From the human T2T-CHM13v2.0 reference genome, Homo sapiens: a stretch of DNA of 64,000 nt. Made by a program: the position numbers and the translations under genes. The notes beneath the pieces are model-generated. The model did no database searches, was not told where the DNA came from, and worked only from the letters and a program-made list of their open reading frames with translations. The stretch is taken from NCBI RefSeq assembly GCF_009914755.1, contig NC_060928.1; one strand, written 5' to 3'. Below, one piece after another: positions 51,715 to 64,000 of the stretch. How positions within the stretch are numbered: the stretch's first letter is position 1; each line of letters starts with the position of its first letter.

Positions 51715-51845
51715 TCTATACATATGTATATATATGTGTGTGTGTGTGTATATATATATATGGAGAGATAGATACACACACATATACAAATATACACACA
51801 TAGATACACAAACTTGTATGGGTGTGTGTGCATGTGTAGCGTATG
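51715..51845. repeat. Degenerate (TA)/(TG)/(CA) low-complexity tract
   Basis: Mixed dinucleotide runs. Confidence 0.9.
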
Positions 51846-51930
51846 TAATAAAAAGTCATTTTAAGAATGTAACAAAATTATAGTTTCATGTTGTATAAAG
51901 AAGCAAATAGAGACTAAATGTGTCTTAAAT

Positions 51931-52114
51931 CAGTGATGTGCTGGAGCCAGGTTGCAATGGCTTATGAGAGCTGATTATTGACACCTTTTCCCAACTCCAT
52001 ATTTATCCAGAGACAGCACATTGGTAGCTTGAAAGCAGCCAGGTGGGAGCACTTACAATGCAACACTGCAAATCAGGGCTGGCTGGGATCTCTTTTCCCT
52101 GCGGCATACCACTG
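51931..52114. mobile_element. MER63-like hAT element
   Basis: Begins cagtgatgtgctggagccagg and ends gcataccactg (terminal inverted repeats). Confidence 0.65.
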
Positions 52115-52369
52115 CTTAAATGTAGCAAACATACAGCTAAATGATAGTCCTCAGAGTAGAGTACAGGGGTTAGAAGTTTTCTTAACACTATGAAGGAGTT
52201 AGGATCTGAAGATCGTCAGGGCTGAGCCACAGGCCGAAATCATCAGGCTGTCACTTTAGCTTGTGTATGCTGCAAAGGAGACGGGAGCAGAAAACTGTTG
52301 TCTTTCAGGACAAAAGTCTAGCTGCACCACCTGGTTAGCTGCAAACACAAATCAAATAACTAAATTTAC

Positions 52370-52529
52370 TTTTCTAGCTCCTTGCACACGATGTTTACAC
52401 AAGGAACCTCAATGGACTCATATATTTTAAAATGTTTATTCTTGATATATGGGGTTCTTTCTACGCACCACCTGCTTACATTCTGCAATGAAGTTAATGA
52501 TCCTTTTAAATCCAGGATAGAACAGAGAC
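52370..52529 (-). pseudogene. Dynein-C-like exon
   Basis: Acceptor aatttgtatcag|GT and donor AA|gtaaat; GLCSILDLKGSLTSLQNVSRWC... resembles dynein W..GFF.PQGFLT..LQN.AR; open frame in the ORF track (52366-52548). Confidence 0.55.
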
Positions 52530-53557
52530 CTGATACAAATTTACTCATGGTACATTTGTTTTTGTAATGTTTTCTTTTTAAAAAATGTCATGACTATTTG
52601 CCTGAGAATGTATTTCTTACATTAAGCTTATTCATAGACTTTACCAGAATTGTATAATAAATGCTTTAAAATTCATTTCAAGTGGATTTATACTCATATC
52701 TGTGTATATGTAGGTCTTGTCCTCATACGTAGCATCAGCAACAGCAGAAAGAAAATATATTAAAAAGCTATATTTTAAATTATTAAAATTTTATATAATT
52801 TAAGTTATCCAAATTATAATAACTTTTTCTAAATATTTTCACACCAAAACTCTTCCTTAGAGGTAACTATATTAAAAGATTTTATGCATCTAAGACTTTT
52901 GTTTCTTAAAGCAATATCATATTGATGCTAATACACAAGTAGGTAGCATTTAGATGGACAAGAACATATATTTTTTTTTAGAAAAGGCGATCATTCAATG
53001 CATATTTTCTGAAGTGTTTTAAAATTAACAATAGCTATCACATACTCTTTTTAATATATAAATATTCATTTTTATAGATATTAATTTATTGATGATTATT
53101 ACTTATTGGGCTGTTTCAAAACATTGGAATCTTAAACAGAGTTGCAGAAATATTCTTTATGCACATAGGTTTGTATGTATATATATCTTTGCATACTCAT
53201 GCTAATGTATCTGTAGGAAAAATTCTTGATAGTCCTATTAGTGAAAAATTAAAATAAGTATGGATTGAATTAATTTGTATAGTTAATTAATCCTGTTCTA
53301 TGTATCAGTTGTTCACACATATTAAAAAGGATTCATGCAAACTGCAGGTACAAATTCACTGCTTAGCATGTCCTTCTCACACTTCAAAGGCATAAATCTC
53401 ATATACAAATGTGTATTATTTGATAAAATGGTCATAAAATTTCCATGATAAAAATAGTATATATTTTTAGAGATGACAGAGAAGCACTACTGTATTCCCT
53501 GCTGAAGCAAATGTAGAAAATATAGGTTCATTCGGGGGTCACCATTGACAAGTGCTT

Positions 53558-53595
53558 TACTTCACTTGATCTTAGGCAAAAGGCTGAGAAGTGAT
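53558..53595 (-). pseudogene. U2 snRNA 3'-truncated retropseudogene (38 nt)
   Basis: Reverse complement atcacttctcagccttttgcctaagatcaagtgaagta matches the U2 5' end ATCGCTTCTCGGCCTTTTGGCTAAGATCAAGTGTAGTA. Confidence 0.92.
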
Positions 53596-54059
53596 AATTG
53601 CCTTGCTTAAGTCCTAAATATTTATCAATTTTTTTGGAGGAAACCTGACCTAAATTGGAGCAGGAAGAAAATAATACACTTTGCAAAGTATTGCACTTAT
53701 AGTCTTTTCCACATCTTTAAATAATATATTAAAAAAGTTAACGTAGTTTAGGCCAGGTAGCTCATTTAGAGTATAAACCATCTTAAATATTGAGGGATGT
53801 TTCAGTTTCAATGTTTATGTGTGGGGCAGAGGGCAGCTATGAACATTTCACATACACTAGTAAAAGCAGAGATTTTTTAAATGGCAAATTAATTATTTTA
53901 GGAACTAAGCTCATGGGAGTATGATAATTTTTTCAAAGTGGATGTTAAGTCTGGATAAAAGTATTTTTCTGTTTTGTTGCCTTGTGTTTATCTTAAATTG
54001 AATGTAACTTCTAAAGATAAATTAAAGGACTTGCTACTTTAACTAATGATATTTAAATT

Positions 54060-56510
54060 AAAACAACTTCATCAAAGCATTCAAATTGGAAAGGGAGAAA
54101 TACAATTATGTCTGCTCACAGATAACATGATCTTATATGTAAAAAATTTTAAAGATTCCACACAGAAACTAAATTATTTAATTTAGTAAATTAAATTACT
54201 ATTTAGTAAATGAATTTAGCTAAGTCATAGGATACAAAATCAGTGCATAGAAATCAGTTGTGTTTCTATAAACTAACATGAACATTTCAAAAGTAAAATT
54301 AAGAAAACAATTTCATTTACAGTAACATCAAAAATAATAAAAATTCTGGCCGGGAGCAGTGGCTCACGCCTGTAACCCCAGCACCTTGGAAGCCAAGGCG
54401 GGCAGATCACCAGGAGATCGAGACCATCCTGGCTAACACGGTGAAACCCCATCTCTACTGAAAACACAAAAAATTAGCCGGGCGTGGTGGCGGGCGCCTG
54501 TAGTCCCAGTTACTCAGGAGGCTGAGGCAGGAGAATGGCATGAACCCAGGAGGTGGAGCTTGCAGTGAGCCGAGATCACACCACTGCACTCCAGCCTGGG
54601 CGACAGAGTGAGACACCGTCTCAAAAATGAATAGATAGATGATAGTTAATAAAAATTCTTAGGAATAAGTCTAACCAAGAAAAGGAAAGACTTATATGCT
54701 GAAAATTCCAAAATTTTGGCCAAAGTAATTAAAGAAGACACCAATAAATGAAAAGATATTCCACATTTATGATTTAGAAAATTTAATATTGTTAAGGTGT
54801 CAGTACTAATCAAAGTGATCTACATATTCAGTATAATCTCTACCAAACAATGTTTGTGTGTGTGTGTGTTTTGTTTTTTGTTTTTTGCAGAAACAGAAAA
54901 ATGCGTCCTAAAATTCACCTGAAATCTCAAGGGACACCAAATACCTAAAACAATCTTGAAAAAGAAGGTGTCACACACACAATTATGAAAAATAAGAATA
55001 AATTTGGAGGTTTCACATTTCCTGATTTCAAAACTTATTGTAAATCTACAGCAATCAAAACAGAGTAGTGGGGCAGGCATAAAGGCTTCCATATAGACCA
55101 ATGAAATAGAATAGATATTCCAGAAATATACCCTCACATACATGGTCAAGTGATTTTAAACTTGGGTGCCAAGACCATTCAATGGAGGAAAAGACAGTCT
55201 TTGTAACAAGCGGTGCAGGAAAACTGAATAGCTATATGTAAACGAATAAAGTTGGACCCTTACTTACCCCACACTCAAAATTAAATCAAAATTGATTAAA
55301 GGGTAAATGTAAGGGCTTAGACTATAAACTCTTAGAAGAAAACATAGGATAAAAGTTTAGGACACTGAATTTGACAATAATGTCTTAAACTTGACACCAA
55401 AAGCACAGGCAACAAAGCAAGAAAATTAACAAATTGAACCACAGAAAAATTAAAATTTCCATACATCCCAGGGCACCATCAACAGAGTGAAAAGGCAACT
55501 CAAAGAATGGGAGAAAATATTTGCAAAGGACACATCTGACAATGGGTTAATATTGAGAGTATAAAACTAACTACAATTTAAAAAACAACAAAAATGGACA
55601 ATACAATTTTTAAAAAATGGGTAAAGAACTTGAATAGATATTTGTCTAAAGAAGATAAACAAATCACCAATAAACACATGAAAAGATGCTCAATATCACT
55701 AATCATTAGCAAAATGCTAATTGAAACCACAATGAGATATGACCTCACACCCATTAGAATAGCTACTCTAAACAAAGGAACTAACAAAAAACACCAAAAA
55801 GAAATCAAGTAAGCAAACAAACAAAAAAACCCAGAAAATAATTGTTGGTGGGAAGTGGAGAAATTGTACCCTTTGTGCAGTGCAGGTGGGAATGTAAAAC
55901 CATGTAGTCACTATAGGAAAAGTAAAAGGAAGTTCCTTAAATAATTAAAAATAGAATTACCATAAGATCAGGCAATTTTACTTCTGGGTATATATCCAAA
56001 AGGGATGAAAATAAGGACTGAAAGAGATTTGTAAACCCTTGTTCATAATAACATTATCCAAGTGTCAATCAATAGGTATAGGTAAACAAAATTTGGTATA
56101 TATGTACAATGGGATATTATTCAGTCTTAAAAGAAATTTTGACACATACTACAACATACATGAATTTTAAGGACAGTGTGCTAAGTGAAATAAGCCAGTC
56201 ATAAAGACATAAATGCTGTATGATTCCACTTATAAGCAGCACCTAGAGTAGTTAAATTAATAGGGGCAAAAAGTAGAATATTGGTGGCCAGGGACTAGAG
56301 AGACAAAGGTTGGGAAGTTGTTGTTTAATAGGTAAAAGTTGTATTTTTCCAAGATGAAGAGTTCTGTGGATGAATGCTAGTGATGATAGCAAAACAATGT
56401 GAATGCCACCAAACTATACTTAATGCCACCAAACTATACATTTGAAGATAGTTAAGGTGGTACATTTTATGTTCTATGTATTTTATCACAATTAAAAATT
56501 TTTAAATAGC
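54060..56510 (+). mobile_element. L1MB-like ORF2 3' half plus 3' UTR, hosting an AluY
   Basis: cagataacatgatcttatatgt (ADDMI), ORF KKWVKNLNRYLSKED..MKRCS, and an L1MB-type 3' end at about 56490. Confidence 0.9.
54348..54646 (+). mobile_element. AluY with TSD taataaaaattct
   Basis: gagatcgagaccatcctggctaacacggtg is a Y diagnostic; direct repeats on both sides. Confidence 0.96.
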
Positions 56511-56829
56511 AGTATGATCATAAAATTTTAATTGATATTGAATTCCTAATATTCTAAGGAAATTACATATTTAGTATATGTGAGGAAAAATAAAACTGTC
56601 CCCCCTCATTAAAAAAAGTACTAAATTATTATATTTTGTAATATTAGTATTAATAAGAAAACAAAATGAAGAGATGGGTTTTAATTTAAAATTTAATAAC
56701 TTGTACATTAGAAGAAGAATCTAAGAGTTTTGGAGTGAGTTTATATTAGGCTTCTTATAGTTTTACAAACTTATATACCATTAACTTTGCCTGGAATACA
56801 TTTTTCAAAAATCTATGTTAAATACTCAC

Positions 56830-56864
56830 TGCTATTTTGAAACTTGTTGTGTGTGTCGTAGTAC
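56830..56864 (-). pseudogene. Candidate 35-nt mini-exon of the decayed gene
   Basis: Strong sites tctttcacatttcag| and GCA|gtgagt; phase 1 start matches the upstream exon; (G)TTTHTTSFKIA sits where dynein has G.P..FWLS. Confidence 0.4.
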
Positions 56865-57237
56865 CTGAAATGTGAAAGATGGTAAATATTCCCTCCCCTT
56901 AAAAAACAACAAGGTTGTAGCACAAAATAAAGTTAAGTTTACATTTTTAAAAGGAATAAATGTATTAATTGCTCTTAGCTACATTCAGATGTAAAAATTT
57001 GGTACGAACAAAAATATGTATGTTCTCTAAAGTTCAATTTCCCTGTCTATATTAATTATTATTATCTTTGGTGTCCAACAATGTGCTTATAGTTTTAAGC
57101 ATATCTGAATTCTGTATTTTAAAAAGCACTAACAAGATTCTGTTCTCAATCAATGTCTTCATAGATAAGTTAATTCACAACTTTTTGAGCACTTATGTAG
57201 TCTAAAAATAATCATCTTTCTTAATTGAAATACTCAC

Positions 57238-57525
57238 CAGATTTTATTATTCATTTGTAATGTAAGAACTTAAACTGCTATGCATAATTATTAGAGTGGA
57301 TATTTCTGGTCTATCTGTATTGTTTATAGTTAGCAGAACTGAATTTTGTGGATTTATGAGGCACCCTTGTCTGTAGAAAGGATATAGCCACACAAAGTGT
57401 CTAATTGATACTAATTATGCTTTGTATAAAATGGGGACGCTCCAGAATAAGTGGCTCCCTGTATGCAATTTTCCGCATTCATCAATCATAGCAAATCTCT
57501 GTGAAAGCTAAAGCCACGATATATC
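57238..57525 (-). pseudogene. Dynein-C-like exon (288 nt, phase 1-1) with multiple stops
   Basis: Acceptor ttccttttttccctgtaatag|GA and donor CTG|gtgagta; ...FTEICYD**MRKIA...TLCVAISFLQTRVPHKSTKF...QFKFLHYK*IIKS resembles dynein I...L..L..A, LA.SL....VP..W and R..FL..W...G. Confidence 0.5.
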
Positions 57526-57899
57526 CTATTACAGGGAAAAAAGGAATTAATGGGTACTATAGAACTTCTCCAAGAAAAGAATGCTTAGCCTGTGATTACC
57601 TGTATTGTTTGAATCATTAGAAATGTCTGGTTATGGTAAGATTTGTTATTTGTGTGTGTTTCATTCAATAATTCAACACTTTTTGTTCACATAAGGTATA
57701 ACTCTAATAAAAGACATAATAGAATTTAAGACAAAATTTTCTACTGACACAGAGAAGAGCATTGCATTAGATAATCCAAAGACCATAGATTACAGGAAAA
57801 ACATGCAAGAAGTTGTATTTGTCAAGCGAAATAAGGTAGAAATCTCCTTTGTAAAGCAGGAACTACAGAAAATTGGGGAATAAATAAGTAGAAATAGAA

Positions 57900-60150
57900 A
57901 TTATGAAAACTAAGTGATAAAAAAACTATTCTCAGCCAAAGACTAAGTCAAATGGACAAAATTTTAAAATAAGATAGCAAATATAAGAACATCGCTTGTT
58001 AGCATAATTATTAATATAGAACTACAGGGTATAGTTTGCTATTTAGAGCTTGATAAAGGAAAATGCACCATATTCTTAAGTAATCATATTGCATTTATAA
58101 AAATTCATTATGTGTTAGATAAAAACACTATAAGCTACATAGTAAGACAAATACTATTTTAATTAGAATATAATAAAAACTAAAAATAACAAAATAAAAA
58201 CTAAAATATTCCTCCTACAGAAAATCAATGCTATTACGCTAAATAATGCTTGTGCCCAGAGAAGAAGCAAAATTGCAGACTGTTTAATGACAAATGATAA
58301 TAAACATACCAATATCATAATCTATGAAATGTAATTACATCAATGATCATTGAAAAATACAAAGCTTAAGTAGTTATATTAATTAAAATGACAAAAGGAA
58401 GATAAATTGGTAACTCCTGAAACTAGAAAAAGAAAAAAAAAAAACCCTGGCAACACTACTTCCCCCACCCCCAAAAAGGACTAAAACTACTGTAATGGAA
58501 CATATAAGAACATATTTTAATATGGTTAAACAATTAAATGAATAAATATAGGACTAATAGAACTAATATTAAAATTTTACAAAAGGTCAGATCTTAAAAA
58601 AGAAAATAGACAAACTATTAGTTAGCCCAGTAAAACATAAAAAGACATAGCCCAAATATGGAAGTTAAGAAATCACAAAAGAATAAAATAACACAAGTAT
58701 ACAAAATAATCACAAAGAGAAGAAATAATTCTGGAAAGAGAAATTTGTGCAACTAATTTCAAATAAACTTTATAACATGTATTAAACAAATAACAAAAAA
58801 CTAGAAAGAAATTGCAAACAGACAAATCGCCATAGAACTAAAATAAAATCATAAAATTTCTCACTACCTTTTTCCTATCCCTCACACCAATAAAGGTGTC
58901 ATATATGGATGCTTTCACAGAAGAATTTTACCAAAATTTAAAACTCCAGAAATCTTAACACTTCTTAAATGATTCCAGATTATAGATTAAGTAAGAAAAT
59001 TTCCAAATCGTTTTTATTAAGGAACCATAACATTGATTTCTAAATCAGATAAAGAAATCATAAGAAAAAAGTCTCACTTATGATTATTGATTGAGTGATT
59101 CTAAGTAAAACTGTTAGCAAAAAATCCAACAGCACATACAAAAATAATACAGCATGCTATGGTATTTTTGGTATTGGTAGTTTCAATATGTTATGTGGTA
59201 TTTTTAATATGCTATTTTACTATTTAACATATTTTAAAGTTTTAATTATTTTAAATAAATAGTAATCAAGCCAATATTAATAAAATGATTAATACAATTG
59301 ATATTTCTTAGGAGAAAAAAATCAAAAGATTATCTCTTTACAATGCTAAAAAGCCATCTGACAAAACCAATATACTTTACTGATAAAAATTACTTGAAAT
59401 AGAAATTGAAGAGTATACTATTAGCATGGTAAAACCCTTGGGACAGGAAAAAGAGAATGATTATTATTTTTCACCTGCTAGTTAATGTTTTATTAGCCAG
59501 TCTAGTGATGCAATCAGTCAAAGGAAAAGAGATGTACAACAATTTGAAAGAAAATGTAAGATTATTATGGATAATAATATACTATATTGGAAAAACAAAA
59601 TCAGTGCAAAACTGAATAACAAAACAAAACTCAGGAAGTTAATAAGATATAAAATTAACATCGAATAAATAAATTTTAATAGTCTTCATACATTCAAACA
59701 GTAACAATTCATAAGATATAATTGAAACTAAAATTTCTTCTATTAGTAACACTAAAATAAAATACTTAAGAATAAATACATGCAAGATATGTGGGAAATC
59801 TATATGACAAATACTTAAATATTCCCAAACAAACCAAAGTTATAATAGAACAAATAGAACACCACCTCTTTGAAAGGAAAAGTCAACATCATAAATGTGC
59901 CTTTATTTTCTTGTTAATATATTAACTAAATGGAATAGTAGCACCATTTTGTAGGGGTGCTAAACAATTGTTTCTAAAGTTATATTAAGGGTAAATGGTA
60001 AAGAATGCATCTCTTACAAAGGAGAGCAATGGAGAGCACCTAGTCCAATCAGATATTCAAATATACTCTTCAGCATTTACAATTAAAATACTGCAATATT
60101 GGTAAACAACTAGCTTGACAGGGCAATAAAACAATAAAAAGTCCAGAAGT
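57900..60150 (+). mobile_element. Very old L1M ORF2 remnant
   Basis: A-rich degenerate ORF2 motifs (gaattttaccaaa, aatgctaaaaagccatctgacaaaa, ggacaggaaa). Confidence 0.65.
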
Positions 60151-62500
60151 AGCAGAATAAATTCACAGAAAGCAGAGGAAAAGAAACACTGGAGGGCCAT
60201 GCCCTAGGAATAGGGTCAAGATTGATATAGAGTTAAGTCTTAACCCAACTCAGCTCAATCCCTGATTGTACTGAGCTGCTGAAGGGCATCAGGATCTGTG
60301 ATTGCTCCGCATGCCAAATAAAGGCAAGAAGGAACCAACTCTGGAGGAAGAAATACCACTGGAGGACTCTAAATTGAGAGAGAGAGAGAGTGTGTTTAAA
60401 AAGCATCTGACATTCAATCAAAATGTCTAGACCTGTGAAGCAGCAACATGATATGACTAAAATAAAAGAAAGAAAACATAAAAAGGGAACAAACTCCCCA
60501 GTAATACACATATTGGTCTTAGAAGGCAAGAATTAAAAAAAAACAATTAACATGTCTAAGCAAGTAGAAGATAAGACATACAAAATGAAAAATGGAATCT
60601 TTGTAAATAATTAAAAGTCATTCAGAATCTAAAATATATACTATCTGAAATCAAAAATACAATGGCTAGGCTTAAGAGTAGATCAGACAGAAGAGAATAT
60701 AGGATTAGTTAATTAAACTTTAAAACAGGTAAATAGAAAACATGCAAACTGAAGCAGAGATTACCACAATTACTTAGGGTTGGATGATTAAAAGAACTCA
60801 AAATTTTCTACGTAGCGTACTCACGTAAAGGTAATGCTGATAGTACAGCAGGATAAATAAATGACAGGCAGCCATTGATCATTTCACAAATTTACAAGTG
60901 AAGCCCTTAAAGGCCCCTTTCTAAATGGCATAGGATTTACTCCATTGGATTATGAATTATCAAGATTCGTGGATGGTAACTTTGTGTCAGGGAAGTGCAG
61001 TCACAAGTTTACTGAGAGATCGTTTTTGTTCTGTTAGTCCTACTACTAAAATCAGGCTATGTAACTGTTTACGCCACATGCAAACCAATGATCCATGTAT
61101 TCCTAAATGATGTTGATATGCTATTATTAGATGCCTCCAGGGAAATGTAAAACTTTACAAATACATTATAAATCACTAGCTAGCATATCTCATTTTTATA
61201 TTAACCAAGGGTCAGTACCAGCCTTCCAGGTGTTCCCAGAAAATACCACAGTTTCCGCATTACATCTGCAAGATTGTTCTGTACTTATTAAGGTATTTAA
61301 AACAAACAGGAAAAAATAAGCTATAAAAATTATGCAAGCCATGCTCAGATGTCCATATCTATCTCTCTATTTTCTCTTTTTATATTTATCTATGTCTATA
61401 TATCTATATCTTTATCTCCAACATGACAGGAGAGACTGGGTTAGGAATACTCAGAGACACTGGCCAAAGATTTTCCTTAACTAATGGAAGACATTAACCT
61501 ATAGATCTACAGATTCAAGAAGCTCAGAGAACTCCAACAGAAAAAAATAAATAAATAATAAACAAACAAAACAAACAAACATCCCAGCATACATCAGTCA
61601 TACTGAGGAAAATGAGAAATGAGAATTTTTCTTTTTTCTTTTTTCTTTTTTTTTTTAAACAGAGTCTTGCTCTGTCGCCCAGGCTGGAGTGCAGTGATGC
61701 AATCTCGGCTCACAGCAATTTCCGCCTCCCGGGTTCAAGCAATTCTCATGCCTCAGCCTCCTGAGTAGCTGGGATTACAGGGATGTGCCACTACAACCGA
61801 ATAATTTTTATATTTTTAGTAGAGATGGGGTTTCACCATGTTGGCCAGGCTGGACTCGAACTCCCAACCTCGGGTGATCCACCCACCTCGGCCTCCCAAA
61901 GTGTTGGGATTACAGGCATGAGCCACTGCATGCACCCAGTCAGGTTCTTAAAGCAGTTCTAATGCCAAAGAGAACATATATATTGACTTTAAAGTGCACT
62001 TCCTAAGAAGAAAATGGAATAAAATATTATAAGTACTAAAAGCAAATAACTATTAACCTAGTAAAAATATTCTTTAGAAATGAAGAAGGCAGAAACATGT
62101 TTTCAGACAAATAAACCTGTCCATTTACTATCAGAAGACCTCCTATAAAAGAAGTGTTAAGTGCTAAATGGAGTTATACATGAAGAAAAAAAATGATCAT
62201 GAAGCAAATATATAAATGTAAGTAGGAATAAAGATCGCTAGAAAGAGTAAAAATGGGAATATTTACAAATTATTATTTACTGACAATGCAATGATAGTAA
62301 TGTCTTATGGAGTTAAAATAAGAGAATTAAAATTCATGAAAACAATAATGCAAAAATGACATGGAACAAATAAAGTTAAGGTTTTAAATACAATAATCTT
62401 CATTAGATTCTAATAAGGGAAGAAAGCATGTTTAATTCCAAAGGTAACCCATAGAGTACATAACTAACATAAGGGCAAATAAAGTTAGAAAAATATTTAA
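60150..62500 (+). mobile_element. Old L1M/HAL1-like ORF1 remnant, interrupted by a probable LTR fragment (about 60760-61340) and an Alu
   Basis: ctacagattcaagaagctcagagaactcc and gttttcagacaaataaa are L1 ORF1-type motifs. Confidence 0.55.
61626..61940 (-). mobile_element. Alu (AluS)
   Basis: T-rich tail then cagagtcttgctctgtcgcccagg...gagccactgca. Confidence 0.96.
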
Positions 62501-64000
62501 TTCAAAGCAAATCACATCTTAGCACATTATGACAAATCATCATTTTAATAAGTCTAAAATATGTTTTAAATAGAATAATTTCAAAAATGTAAAACAAAAC
62601 CATTGAATGAGTCAGTGCTTATGGTTCACTATGATAATAAAGATATATTCACAGATTTATTTTAGTCTCATTTTGTTGTAAAAGGATTTAACATATTCAC
62701 TAAAATTTAGAAACTGGTGTATAATTTTGTAATTCTCTTGAACTTCAAAGGTTCTTGGCACCAGCTGTCACTATTTGATCAATATACTAATTGCCTAATA
62801 GAACACAGACTGTTTAGGAATGTAGGAATACTGCAACAAGCACAGAGGCCCTGGGTTTGACTAATCTCTCACATTTTAATTCTTGCCAAGGAAATATTAA
62901 TAATCTTTGCTCATATGATTTTGATATGCATTGCAATCAGTACTTTTCAGTGAAATAACTACTTCTGTTTCTGCCCTGTATAGAATATTTGATTCATCAA
63001 CATAATATCTATTCTAAAAATCTACCAGAATTACAATTCGTGGCCAAAATTTATGTTGGTATCCTTCATGTTTTCTCTCTGGTGTCTTTTAAAATACCTA
63101 ATTTTTAAAAAGCTATTAATTTTACTATTGTCTATATATAAAGAGTATTATGACTCTATTATAATTTACATGTGGAATTATTTCTAAAAATTCTCTAAAT
63201 ATTCATGTAGATAATTTAATTTGAGCTATTATGTAAAATCACTTTATTTAGATTAGCTATTACCTTTGCTGATGAACTCTGAAAATCTTAAAGCTAAATT
63301 TGTAACTCATGCAATTAACTACTTGAGAGTATTAAATATATTGTATACATTGTTGTACTTCCTGCCTTCCCACTTCTTCATAGCTTGCATCAATTTCTGT
63401 ATCTGGTACATACTCAATAAATATTTGTTCACTGGATGAATACAATAATTTAAATCAAAATGTAAATTGTCACAACGTCTTTGTAGAACAAATCTACATC
63501 TCCAAATGTAACACAGTCAGTCTTTTCCCTGGAGATGTCTCTTCCACGTATTATCTGATGTGGTAAACCATTCATAGCAGCTATTGCTAGAGGTAGCAGT
63601 TCCATTTTAAATTATATACTAATTGCATTAAAATGATTTAAGAAAAAAATGTTAAGTGCCTTTGCAAATGTTATTTTTATTTATATATTTAAGAGGCATC
63701 GAGGGAAGCTTAATTTTCTCTATCTAGAAAGTTTTTCATTTTCTTATCTATCCATAGTATCCAATAAATCATAATTTTCCTTTCTTAAATCACACCGAGG
63801 GATATTATTGTTATCTTTTTCCCTTAACTCCTTTACCTTCTAAGCCTGTTGGTCACTTATAAAACATTGACTAGGATTGTCAATTGTAATGTCAATATGT
63901 GTCATCCCAACGTATTGTAAACCCTTTGAGTAGAGGTAAAAATCAATTTTGAACATAATAGGTGTTCAATTAAAATAACATTTTCGGTTGGATTACAAAA

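Noticed and set aside
56402-56439. Tandem aatgccaccaaactatac x2
   Set aside because: A simple slippage duplication inside the L1MB 3' UTR.

Overview
AT-rich, repeat-dense primate DNA (human or great-ape-like, judged from AluY and young L1PA copies). It contains about 18 Alu-family copies (including FAM/FLAM monomers), several L1 layers (nested, internally deleted and partly inverted), a near full-length Tigger1, MER2/MER5/MER63 DNA transposons, LTR and ERVL remnants, a truncated U2 retrocopy and microsatellites. I see no intact protein-coding gene, and nearly all long ORFs in the track are repeat-derived. The main unexplained signal is a collinear chain of minus-strand, splice-site-bounded segments in unique DNA (57238-57525, 56830-56864, 52370-52529, 51146-51310, 47129-47272, 46818-47036, from 39619 downward). 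Their translations resemble, in the correct order, the C-terminal domain of dynein heavy chains, but carry stops and frameshifts. Further phase-compatible exon-like segments (38724-38863, 16470-16700, 15227-15408, 13122-13189) may encode a non-dynein C-terminal extension, and one of them contains a perfect RFX X-box. My best reading is the decayed 3' end of a highly divergent dynein-heavy-chain-like gene, i.e. an unprocessed and possibly unitary pseudogene. The dynein assignment comes from by-eye comparison with remembered motifs and needs an HMM test.
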